64,000 nucleotides of DNA from Saprospirales bacterium. Its GTDB lineage: Bacteria; Bacteroidota; Bacteroidia; Chitinophagales; Saprospiraceae. Made by a program: the position numbers and the translations under genes. Each line of letters opens with the position of its first letter. Within the stretch, counting starts at the first letter, position 1. Below, piece after piece: positions 18,644 to 27,688 of the stretch. Under the pieces are notes generated by a model. It saw nothing but the letters and a program-made list of their open reading frames with translations, did not search any database and was not told the origin of the DNA. Location of the stretch: contig REEI01000089.1 in NCBI GenBank assembly GCA_007695145.1, positions 9,084-73,083 on the forward strand, read 5' to 3'.

Positions 18644-18673
18644 TTATTCTTTAAGAAATTAGGTGAAATTTAA

Positions 18674-18961
18674 ACTCCAAATAAAAAAGTCATGGGAATA
18701 GCAGAATTAGTAAAACTTGAGAAGACTGACCGAAAGGCCTACGAAGAGAGCCTTAAAAAGCATCGGGATCTGAAAAATGTGATGGATACGCAGAGGAGAG
18801 AAGGGTATGAATTGGGCATGGAGAAAGGTATGGAGAAAGGTATGGAGAAAACAGCCATTAGTTTGTTTAAAAAAGGAATTGGCATCCAAATAATCTCCGA
18901 AGCCACCGAACTAAGTGAGAATGATCTATTGAAACTCTTCAGGAGAGAGGGATTGATTTAA
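18674..18961 (+). pseudogene. C-terminal remnant of an Rpn-family (TIGR01784) protein
   Basis: It carries ..AYEESLKKHRDLKNVMDTQRREGYELGMEKGMEKGMEK..ISLFKKG..ISEATELSENDLLKL. This is the characteristic E/K-G repeat plus helix-turn-helix-like tail of the family. The nuclease core is absent. The ORF track gives 18692-18961. Confidence 0.6.
18818..18853 (+). repeat. 12-nt tandem repeat x3 (ATGGAGAAAGGT)
   Basis: Two exact copies plus a third at 10 of 12, encoding MEKG-MEKG-MEKT inside the Rpn C-terminal remnant. Confidence 0.9.
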
Positions 18962-19361
18962 ATCGGGCCTTTTGTGCCGGTTGCCCTATATTTACCCAAT
19001 GAACCCCTCTATATCTCAATGTAAAGTTCCCCCATTCACCCCATCGGAGCAAATTTAATTTAGTAGCTTTTTTAAAGCTATCAACTGTAAGCAAACGGTA
19101 TTCGCGCTCTTTTCCCGCTTTTGTGGAACGATAAACTGATGGCACTTTTAAATCGCAGATGAGAGTGTCTACGTGGAATTAGTCTACAATGGGCCACTAA
19201 CCTTGAAGTATGATTCAAGAGAATTCCTTTGACCCGGTTCATTTGATTTGATGGGGTGGATTTCTAAAATTCATACTTCTACTTGATTGCAACAACTATG
19301 AACTATACCTTTGTGATAAAACACCTCTACTTAAGATTGATTTGATTGTTAACCAATTATT

Positions 19362-21233
19362 TCAATCCACCAATTCCATCCACTCTATTTCAGTAGCTTC
19401 AATGGATTCATTCAGTTCACTGAGTTTTTTGGACCATTCAACAATCTGAGCGGAATCGGGATTTTCAGTCTCAAATTTGAGGTGAATGGCTTCCTTCTCC
19501 TCTTCTAATTTTTTCAACTTCCGCTCCAGGTTTTTGAGCAACTTTTTCGTTTCTTTATCCTGTTGGTGGGAAGTATTTGGAGTGGGTTTAACATCATTGT
19601 CCTGATGGGAAGTACCTGCCGCAATTTCTCTGGCTTCCCTGATCCTGTTGTCTAAATCATCTCTGTAATCAGAGTAATTTCCAGGAAAATCTATCACTTT
19701 ACCAACACCTTCAAATGCGAATAGGTGATTTACTATTTTATCCATAAAAAATCTGTCGTGGGAAACTATAATAATACATCCGGGAAAATCCAATAAATAG
19801 TCTTCCAGCACATTGAGAGTTACAATATCCAAATCATTAGTCGGCTCATCGAGGATTAGAAAGTTGGGGTTTTGAATGAGAATAGAGAGCAAGTACAACC
19901 TCCTCTTCTCTCCCCCGCTTAGTTTAGAGATAAAGACCTGCTGTTGCTTTGGTTCAAAAAGGAACTGCTCTAACAACTGGCTGGCTGACAGCTTTCTACC
20001 TTTTTCCATTGGGATATACTCCGCAAATTCTCTGATGTAATCAATTACCCGTTTATCATCCGGCAAACTAAGCCCCGATTGCTTAAAGTAACCAATCTTT
20101 AGTGTTTCACCATGTACAACTGAACCAGAATCCGGTGGAATGATTCCAGCGAGTACATCCAACAAGGTAGATTTTCCCGATCCATTAGGACCTACTATTC
20201 CAATACGGTCCTTTTTTTGAAACTTATAATGAAAATCCTTAAAAAGCACCCGTTCACCGTAAGCTTTTGAAATGTATCGAAGTTCCAGTATTTTAGATCC
20301 AAGTCGCTCTGGTTTGATTTGAATACGCATTTCGTCCTGCTGCAGCCTTCCGGAGAGTTCTTCTCTTAGGCTTTCAAACTTCTGAACCCGGGACTTGGCC
20401 TTTGTTCCCCTTGCCTTTGGCTGCCTTCTGACCCACTCCAGTTCAGTCTTTAGTAGTTTCTGGCCTTTTTCAAACCGAAGGGTCTCATTGGTTTCCCTCG
20501 CGCTGCGTTTTTCAAGATAATCAGAGTAATTTCCCTGGTATTTATACAATTGCCCATTGGCAAGTTCTACTATTGTACTGCAAATTCTCTCAAGAAAGTA
20601 GCGATCGTGCGTAATTAAAAACAATGTGAATTGCGGTTGGCTTAAATATTGTTCAAGCCATTCGATCATCTCGAGATCTAGGTGGTTGGTCGGCTCATCG
20701 AGAATAAAAAGATCCGGCTCATCAACCAATACTTTAGCCAGAGCAAGACGTTTTTTTTGACCACCTGACAACCTTCCTACTTTGAGATTCACCTGATCTA
20801 GTTTCAACCTACTGAGTACCTCCCGGATGGAAGCCTCTTTATCCCAACCCTTTGTTGATTCAACTGCATCCAGAGAAGATTGTATTATTTGAGGATCAGA
20901 AACACCTTTCAGCATAAGCTCTTCATACCTTTTCAAGGCCTGGACAGCTTTATTTGTACTTTGATATACCGATTCGATAACCGAGAGTTCAGGATCAAAA
21001 TCGGGTTCTTGAGTCAAATATCCCACTTTTATGTCAGGATGAACAAACACTTTTGCTCTTTCTCCTTCAGGAGGTTCTTCACCGGTAATAATTCTCAAAA
21101 GGGAGGACTTTCCAGTACCATTTTCAGCAACAAGAGCTACCTTTTCACCACGATTGATGTGGAGGGTAATGTCCTTGAATAACAATTTGTCCCCATATGA
21201 TCGGGAGACATTTTCAAAAGTGAGGTAGTTCAA
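19362..21233 (-). CDS. ABC-F family ATPase (Uup/YbiT-like, no TM domain) with C-terminal coiled-coil
   Basis: Two NBDs (Walker A AENGTGKSS and GPNGSGKST; signatures LSGGQKKR and LSGGEKRR). There is an inter-domain linker and a K/E-rich tail. The start is TTG at 21233. Confidence 0.9.
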   Translation of the reverse strand: MNYLTFENVSRSYGDKLLFKDITLHINRGEKVALVAENGTGKSSLLRIITGEEPPEGERAKVFVHPDIKVGYLTQEPDFDPELSVIESVYQSTNKAVQALKRYEELMLKGVSDPQIIQSSLDAVESTKGWDKEASIREVLSRLKLDQVNLKVGRLSGGQKKRLALAKVLVDEPDLFILDEPTNHLDLEMIEWLEQYLSQPQFTLFLITHDRYFLERICSTIVELANGQLYKYQGNYSDYLEKRSARETNETLRFEKGQKLLKTELEWVRRQPKARGTKAKSRVQKFESLREELSGRLQQDEMRIQIKPERLGSKILELRYISKAYGERVLFKDFHYKFQKKDRIGIVGPNGSGKSTLLDVLAGIIPPDSGSVVHGETLKIGYFKQSGLSLPDDKRVIDYIREFAEYIPMEKGRKLSASQLLEQFLFEPKQQQVFISKLSGGEKRRLYLLSILIQNPNFLILDEPTNDLDIVTLNVLEDYLLDFPGCIIIVSHDRFFMDKIVNHLFAFEGVGKVIDFPGNYSDYRDDLDNRIREAREIAAGTSHQDNDVKPTPNTSHQQDKETKKLLKNLERKLKKLEEEKEAIHLKFETENPDSAQIVEWSKKLSELNESIEATEIEWMELVD

Positions 21234-21260
21234 TGCCTGGCTATCTAAATCAGATTAAAA

Positions 21261-23390
21261 TTACTTTCTTAACGCCTTTTTATCTTTGACATGAATGAGG
21301 TCATCCATGATCGCAAGAGATTCAAAAACATAAATATCTTTTGACAAAGTCTCAATAAAGGACTCGTTACGAGCAATTCTTGAGCTGTCTGACTCGATAA
21401 ATTCAATATCTGCAGTTAAATTCTCAATATGGAGTCCGTCAATCGGGTCAAACATATTTCTGAAACGATCGGCCTCCTCTTCTCGAGTATTCAAAAATTC
21501 ACGGTATTCCTCCAGGTTGAGGGGCCTTTTAGAATAATCGCGCATATCTGCCATTCTCCTTGCATTCTCCTTGACTTTGGTAAACACCTCCTGCTCTGAT
21601 ATCCTTTCTTCACTTCGCAGTTTAAGCCACTCAATCATATCCGAATCGATAACAAATACATTTTGGCTGTAAGAGACAGGACTGATTTCAGTCCACTCCA
21701 TTGCGAAGTCGTAATCTCTCTCTCCAACTTGAGTGTAATGGAAGTTATCCGGCAATAAAATATCTGGCTTTACCCCTTCCAATTGGGTTGAGCCACCATT
21801 TATTCGGTAAAACTTCTGAGTGGTGACTTTAACCTCACCCAGTGGTTTGTGTTCACTATTGCCGCGCAGCATTCTGTCCAGATTGTAAAACCTTTGAACG
21901 GTACCCTTTCCAAAAGTGGCATTTCCTCCAACGATAACTGCACGGCCATAGTCCTGCAGAGCGGCTGCGAGGATTTCTGATGCAGAAGCACTGAAGGAAT
22001 TTACCAATACAATGAGAGGACCATCATACACTACAGACTCCTCCTTATCGTCTAATACTAGAGGCTGACCCGTCCTTGCCTTCACCTGAACAACCGGTCC
22101 TTGCTCGATGAAGAAACCAGTCATCTCAACCACATCATTAAGAGAACCTCCTCCATTGTTTCTAAGGTCAAGAATAACACCATCCACTCCCTCATCATTT
22201 AATTTAATGAGTTCGTTTCTCACATCGTCCTTGCTGTTTCGGTCCTCTCCAGTTCCCCCAATATTGAAGTAAAAACTAGGCAGATTAATATAGCCCACCT
22301 TAGCAGACCTGTCCTCCCTTTCAAGAATCACGGAGCGGGCAAACCCCTCTTCAAAGACAATAATATCCCGGACAATTTCTATATCCATCACTTTATTGTC
22401 AATTTTTCGAACTGTTAGGGTTACTTTAGTGCTTTTGGGACCCCTTATAATTGAAACTACGTCATCAAGGCTCCAACCGGTGATATCAACCGCTTCCTCA
22501 CCTTCCTGCGCGACTTTTAGAATCAGGTCATTAGGTTCCAGATCACCCTGCTTCCATGCCGGTCCACCCGGTACGATGCTCACAATTTTAACAAAATCAC
22601 CTTCAGAGGATAGCCTCGCACCAATTCCCTCCAGCTGATTTGACATCCTCATATTGAAATCCTCTTTCTCCTTTGGCTTAAAATATCCGGTATGTGGATC
22701 TTGTATATTCGTGATGGTATTTAGATAGGTATTGAAACGATCATCTCTGTCATTCCTTTTCAACCTTTCAAACCATGAATCAAACCTCTCTTCTACCCTT
22801 TCAAAAGCAACTGCTCGAAGCGAATCCATTTGGTAGACCTCATCGTTTCGCTCAGCTCGATTGATGCCTTTTACCATTTCATCGAGAATTTGGAAATGGA
22901 GGTATTTTCGCCACCTTTCTAACAAGTCTGAATCATTTGCTGCAAAGTTTAAATTGTCTGCATCTAAATCTATTGCATCTGTCCGATCGAAATCAAAGTC
23001 AGACTCAAGAGCCTTTCTGTAAATTTTGTGTGTTCTCTCAATGGCATTTTCTGCTATTTGATTGGACAATTCAAAAAAGTCAAATGAACGGGCGACAATT
23101 TGTTGGTGTAAAAGGTACTTAAATGGTTCGAGGCGATTCAAATCCTCTTGAGTAAAAAGTCGCTTGTTTCTATCGAGCCTTGTGATGTATTCATTAAATA
23201 CAATTTCTGAAAATTCTTCATCCAATTCGAGCGGATCAAAGTGCAATCGATCAATGTGTGTCATCACGGTCTCCAGGAGGATGTGTTCCTTGCTCTGGCT
23301 GCCGGAAAGACCAGGAAAAACCTGACTGGTTAGAAAGATCAAAGAAATTCCTACTACTGCAATCGATAAGGAAAGATGCCTAAAGTTCAT
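21261..23390 (-). CDS. S41 family carboxy-terminal processing (tail-specific) peptidase
   Basis: Signal peptide, PDZ-like segment, NNGGGSLND and SFSASASEI (catalytic Ser) motifs. Length is 709 aa, Prc/Tsp-like. Confidence 0.88.
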   Translation of the reverse strand: MNFRHLSLSIAVVGISLIFLTSQVFPGLSGSQSKEHILLETVMTHIDRLHFDPLELDEEFSEIVFNEYITRLDRNKRLFTQEDLNRLEPFKYLLHQQIVARSFDFFELSNQIAENAIERTHKIYRKALESDFDFDRTDAIDLDADNLNFAANDSDLLERWRKYLHFQILDEMVKGINRAERNDEVYQMDSLRAVAFERVEERFDSWFERLKRNDRDDRFNTYLNTITNIQDPHTGYFKPKEKEDFNMRMSNQLEGIGARLSSEGDFVKIVSIVPGGPAWKQGDLEPNDLILKVAQEGEEAVDITGWSLDDVVSIIRGPKSTKVTLTVRKIDNKVMDIEIVRDIIVFEEGFARSVILEREDRSAKVGYINLPSFYFNIGGTGEDRNSKDDVRNELIKLNDEGVDGVILDLRNNGGGSLNDVVEMTGFFIEQGPVVQVKARTGQPLVLDDKEESVVYDGPLIVLVNSFSASASEILAAALQDYGRAVIVGGNATFGKGTVQRFYNLDRMLRGNSEHKPLGEVKVTTQKFYRINGGSTQLEGVKPDILLPDNFHYTQVGERDYDFAMEWTEISPVSYSQNVFVIDSDMIEWLKLRSEERISEQEVFTKVKENARRMADMRDYSKRPLNLEEYREFLNTREEEADRFRNMFDPIDGLHIENLTADIEFIESDSSRIARNESFIETLSKDIYVFESLAIMDDLIHVKDKKALRK

Positions 23391-23580
23391 TTTCTTCTAT
23401 TTTGATTAATCAACCTGGTGGATAAATGCAGGTTGGGTAAAATTTGAATACTAATATAACTGCTTGAGAAGAATATTAATACATACATATTAAATTTTTC
23501 TGCAAATTACATTCATAACAAGGACCAACACCTGAAAAGATTTGACAACTATTGATTTAACTTTTTTTTACGACAAACGA

Positions 23581-23614
23581 AAAAGGTCCTCAGAACGCAT
23601 CCCAAGGACCTTTT
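23581..23614 (-). terminator. Hairpin downstream of hppA
   Basis: A 10-bp stem (AAAAGGTCCT / AGGACCTTTT) with a 14-nt loop lies about 100 nt after the hppA stop. The U-run is partly inside the stem. Confidence 0.45.
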
Positions 23615-23716
23615 CAAACCCTAAAATTTTACAATTATTCTCTTACAATAGCAATGAAATTGAGAACCCTCAGTGCGCTGACGTATTAATTGGTATCACT
23701 GCAGAAAAACAGGGAT

Positions 23717-25999
23717 TCAATCATTCCAACGATAAATGGTCTCATCACTTTCGTTGAGCTCACCTAATTGAATGGGTTCAATGATTTCTTCATGGTTCCT
23801 CTCACCGAGTTCATCGGCGTACATCACTCCCAAAACCGGTGCTATTACAAGACCGATAAGACAGGTAAGTTTTATGAGGATATTCATTGAAGGGCCCGAA
23901 GTATCTTTAAAGGGATCACCTACCGTATCACCAGTAATTGAAGCTTTGTGCGGCTCACTGCCTTTATAGTGCATTACACCATTGATATCCACACCTGCTT
24001 CAAAGGACTTCTTGGCATTATCCCACGCACCACCTGCATTATTTTGAAAAATGGCCCACATTACTCCAGATACAGCAACACCTGCCATATAGCTACCTAA
24101 TGCTTCAGGGCCCATAGTAAAACCAACCAAAATAGGTACTACAATAGAAAGGGACCCTGGTAATAACATTTCTCTCAATGCAGCCTTTGTAGAAATCTCT
24201 ACACATTTTTCGTATTCAGGAGTAGCCTTCCCTTCCAATATACCCGGTATTTCTCTGAATTGACGTCTGACTTCCTCTACCATTGCCATAGCTGCACGAC
24301 CTACAGCACTTATGGCGAGTGCAGAAAACACCACCGGAATCATGGCTCCGATAAATAGTGCGGCCAGTACTTTCCCATCAAAAATATTGATACCGTTAAT
24401 GCCGGTAAAAGTCACATAAGCAGCAAAGAGGGCCAAAGCAGTAAGTGCAGCAGAAGCAATTGCAAATCCCTTACCCATAGCAGCGGTAGTATTACCTACA
24501 GAATCGAGAATATCTGTTCTCTGCCTAACCTCAGGTGGAAGTTCACTCATTTCTGCAATTCCTCCGGCATTGTCTGCAATGGGCCCAAAAGCGTCAATCG
24601 CAAGTTGCATGGCCGTAGTTGCCATCATAGAACTGACGGCAATAGCCACTCCATAGAAACCTGCAAAGGCATACGCGCCCCAAATGGCAAAAGCGAAGAG
24701 TAATATCGGCAAAAAGGTAGACATCATACCTACAGCAAGACCGGCAATAATATTCGTAGCGTGACCAGTGGCCGATTGCCTGACTATGCCCAAGACTGGT
24801 TTTTTACCCATGCCGGTGTAATACTCTGTTAAATAGGCAATGGCAGCACCAACAAACAAACCGATAAGAACAGCAAAGAATACGTCATTTGAAGTTGCGG
24901 TTGTCTCCATGAAGGAACCATTTCTAAATACCTGTAGTGTAATTACATCCGGCAGCATCCACTTAATAGCAAAATAAGAAGCTACACCAGTCAGGCCAAT
25001 AGCCATCCAGTTGCCCAGGTTCATAGCGCCCTGCACCTTGCTTTCGGAAGTTTCATTGCTCTTTACTCTGATAAACCAGGTACCCACAATTGAAAAAATC
25101 AATCCCAACCCAGCTATGAGTATAGGCAACAAAATAGGGCCAATACCACCAAAACTATCCATAATCTGACCGCCCATATCCCTAATGACATACTTCCCAA
25201 GGACCATGGCAGCAAGTATGGTGGCTACATAACTACCGAAGAGATCAGCGCCCATACCGGCTACATCCCCTACATTATCACCAACATTATCGGCAATGGT
25301 AGCGGGATTTCTCGGGTCATCTTCAGGAATACCTGCTTCAATTTTACCGACTAAATCAGCTCCAACATCTGCAGCTTTGGTATAAATACCACCACCAACT
25401 CTTGCAAAAAGGGCGATGGATTCAGCTCCTAATGAAAATCCGGCAAGAACCTCCAGTACGACCGTCATCGACTTTACACCGTCCATTTCAACTCCATTGA
25501 TGAAATTCGGTCCCCATTCGGCTCCCATAAAGTAAACAAAGAAAATGGCAAAAAGAGCACTCAAACCGAGAACAGCCAACCCGGCTACCCCAAGCCCCAT
25601 AACGGTACCCCCTCTGAAAGCAATCTGAAGTGCTTTTGGAAGACTGCTTTTGGCCGCCTGAGCAGTTCTGACATTGGCTTTCGTAGCGATCTTCATCCCA
25701 ATAATACCCGCGATGGCAGAAAAACCACAACCGATCACAAAGGCAATAACAATAAACCAATGGGTGGTCTCAACCTGGGTCGAGAGTACGCCAAGAAAAA
25801 TTCCGGCTATTACAACAAAAACAGCTAAACTGGTGTACTCAGCCTTCAAAAAGGCCATTGCACCATCCGCAATATGCTTTGCAATTCCGGTCATTTTTTC
25901 ATTTCCCGGATCTTGTTTCCCCACCCATAAGGACAGATATACCATATAAATCAATCCCACAACACCAAAGAGTGGCAAAAGCATGTAAAGTGATTCCAT
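23717..25999 (-). CDS. hppA: Membrane-integral ion-translocating pyrophosphatase (K+-dependent type)
   Basis: About 16 TM helices. Motifs include [26 protein letters not shown] and [13 protein letters not shown]. Length is 760 aa. Confidence 0.95.
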   Translation of the reverse strand: MESLYMLLPLFGVVGLIYMVYLSLWVGKQDPGNEKMTGIAKHIADGAMAFLKAEYTSLAVFVVIAGIFLGVLSTQVETTHWFIVIAFVIGCGFSAIAGIIGMKIATKANVRTAQAAKSSLPKALQIAFRGGTVMGLGVAGLAVLGLSALFAIFFVYFMGAEWGPNFINGVEMDGVKSMTVVLEVLAGFSLGAESIALFARVGGGIYTKAADVGADLVGKIEAGIPEDDPRNPATIADNVGDNVGDVAGMGADLFGSYVATILAAMVLGKYVIRDMGGQIMDSFGGIGPILLPILIAGLGLIFSIVGTWFIRVKSNETSESKVQGAMNLGNWMAIGLTGVASYFAIKWMLPDVITLQVFRNGSFMETTATSNDVFFAVLIGLFVGAAIAYLTEYYTGMGKKPVLGIVRQSATGHATNIIAGLAVGMMSTFLPILLFAFAIWGAYAFAGFYGVAIAVSSMMATTAMQLAIDAFGPIADNAGGIAEMSELPPEVRQRTDILDSVGNTTAAMGKGFAIASAALTALALFAAYVTFTGINGINIFDGKVLAALFIGAMIPVVFSALAISAVGRAAMAMVEEVRRQFREIPGILEGKATPEYEKCVEISTKAALREMLLPGSLSIVVPILVGFTMGPEALGSYMAGVAVSGVMWAIFQNNAGGAWDNAKKSFEAGVDINGVMHYKGSEPHKASITGDTVGDPFKDTSGPSMNILIKLTCLIGLVIAPVLGVMYADELGERNHEEIIEPIQLGELNESDETIYRWND

Positions 26000-26061
26000 T
26001 TAACAAGTTTTATGTTTAAAAAATCATTCCCATTCAGCTCCATCAAAGAGCGTGAAAGCCG

Positions 26062-26092
26062 CAAAGGTATATTTATTTTTTTTGACGGGCAA
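26062..26092 (-). promoter_or_regulatory. Candidate Bacteroidota sigma-A promoter for hppA
   Basis: The minus strand reads TTG (26092-26090), then N20, then TACCTTTG (26069-26062). This matches the TTG/TAnnTTTG consensus described for Bacteroidetes. It lies about 63 nt upstream of the hppA ATG. Confidence 0.35.
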
Positions 26093-26850
26093 TTAAAACC
26101 TTAAAATGCGGTACACAAGAAATTAAAAGCTTTGACTAAAGTCACTTTGTACCTCTGGAGAATTGAAGGAAACATCCAATAAGTCTGCCGGGACTGAACA
26201 CTTTCACCTGAGCGTCTTCACAGAAAACCTGATTATCATCATGAGCCATAAACGCACCAATGCCGAATTGGTATAATTGTAACTTCCACAATTGCTGGGT
26301 TTATCTTCCAATACTCATTCAGTCCTTTGTCCCAATTTTCCTATAGCAGAAGATTCACAGCGGTTTCAGACTAATCATCCACCCTGAGGTGCAACAATAC
26401 ACAGTGATTTATTTATTGGATTGAAATGACTCTATTCATTCACCAATATTTTTTTGCTGTATCTTCCAATAAATTTCACCGAAATACCTGCAGTCTACCA
26501 GAGCACTTGCGCTGTTTTTTTTTTCGAAGCACCTGTGCTGAGCCCTTCAAAGCATCATGACAAAAAGTAAGAAGAATCCAATGATTAAGTTATCTTTATC
26601 AATGCCAATGAGGATTTGATTGATAAGGATTGAAAAATGAGTTCAAGGAATTGATGTGCAAATGAAAAAATGATTAAATTATATATTTTATTACTACATA
26701 AGCATTTGACCTTACTGTAATTATCTAATGAGAAACTTTAGTAAATAAATGAATTGCCTGAATAACCAGGTAGATGCTTTACACCCATAAAGTAAGTGGG
26801 CGTGTTAAAAAAGCACATAGGTAGCCAAAGCTAAGGGTTAATCCCATCAG

Positions 26851-27423
26851 TTACACAGTAAAAAATTTCACCTTATCTCTATAGTCTCCTCTTACTTTAG
26901 GAAGGATCCCAAGCTCATGATTGCCCAGATAAAACAACCCGAGACAGCGCTGACCTTCATCGAGCTTTAGTATAGCAGGTCTACCCACCATTTCCAAGGG
27001 TGTACTCCAATAACCGCCATAACCCATTGCAGATGCAGCAATCCAAAGATTTTGCACCGCGCAGGAAACGGCTGCAATTTCTTCCCATTCAGGTACGTGT
27101 TTTTCAATATCTCTTTGCATGATTATGGCAATTATATGAGATGATTTCACCACATTATCATATCTTTTTTTGTGCTTCAGTTCTGAGTATTTTTCAGGAG
27201 GAATCAATCGCTTGTACTCATCCGAAAGAAACTTTGCAAGTCGCTGGCGAGCATCACCTGAAAATACGGCAAAGCGCCAGGGTTGAGTTAAACGGTGAGT
27301 TGGTGCGGTGTTTGCAATTTCTATTAATTCCTCCACTGCACCTAAAGGAACTGACTCGCCATTAAAAAATTTGGGGTAGACCGATTGCCGATTCTTTATA
27401 GCTTCAATTACTTCGAGTTTCAT
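26851..27423 (-). CDS. Nitroreductase family protein (NAD(P)H-flavin oxidoreductase fold)
   Basis: Contains R.S.R.F-like KNRQSVYPKF, PTHRLTQPWRF and the C-terminal GYGGYWSTP pattern typical of the nitroreductase superfamily. Confidence 0.8.
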   Translation of the reverse strand: MKLEVIEAIKNRQSVYPKFFNGESVPLGAVEELIEIANTAPTHRLTQPWRFAVFSGDARQRLAKFLSDEYKRLIPPEKYSELKHKKRYDNVVKSSHIIAIIMQRDIEKHVPEWEEIAAVSCAVQNLWIAASAMGYGGYWSTPLEMVGRPAILKLDEGQRCLGLFYLGNHELGILPKVRGDYRDKVKFFTV

Positions 27424-27688
27424 CTTTCAAGGTTTACTTCTAAGAAAAACTAAAAACACAATAAGCATTAGGTATGTTGATTCTTGATTATGTAAAGCTG
27501 TACCATTATTTACCTCCCTTAAATGAGCAAGATTGTATATTCTTAGGATTACCATCCATAATTCAGTCATTACAGTGCTTTCATCAGTGTTACTTCCCGC
27601 ACCTATTGTGGCAACTCAAATTCCTGAGAAGAGTAAAAATCATTACCAATCACAAATTTTCAATAGCTTTGTCACTAAAAAATAACTT

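Noticed and set aside
18939-19145. 68-aa minus-strand ORF (MPSVYRSTKAGKEREYRLLTVDS...) that faintly resembles the Arm DNA-binding N-terminus of Bacteroidota tyrosine integrases
   Set aside because: The similarity is impressionistic and very short. No integrase catalytic region follows, and the ORF overlaps the Rpn remnant, so I cannot support it without a profile search.
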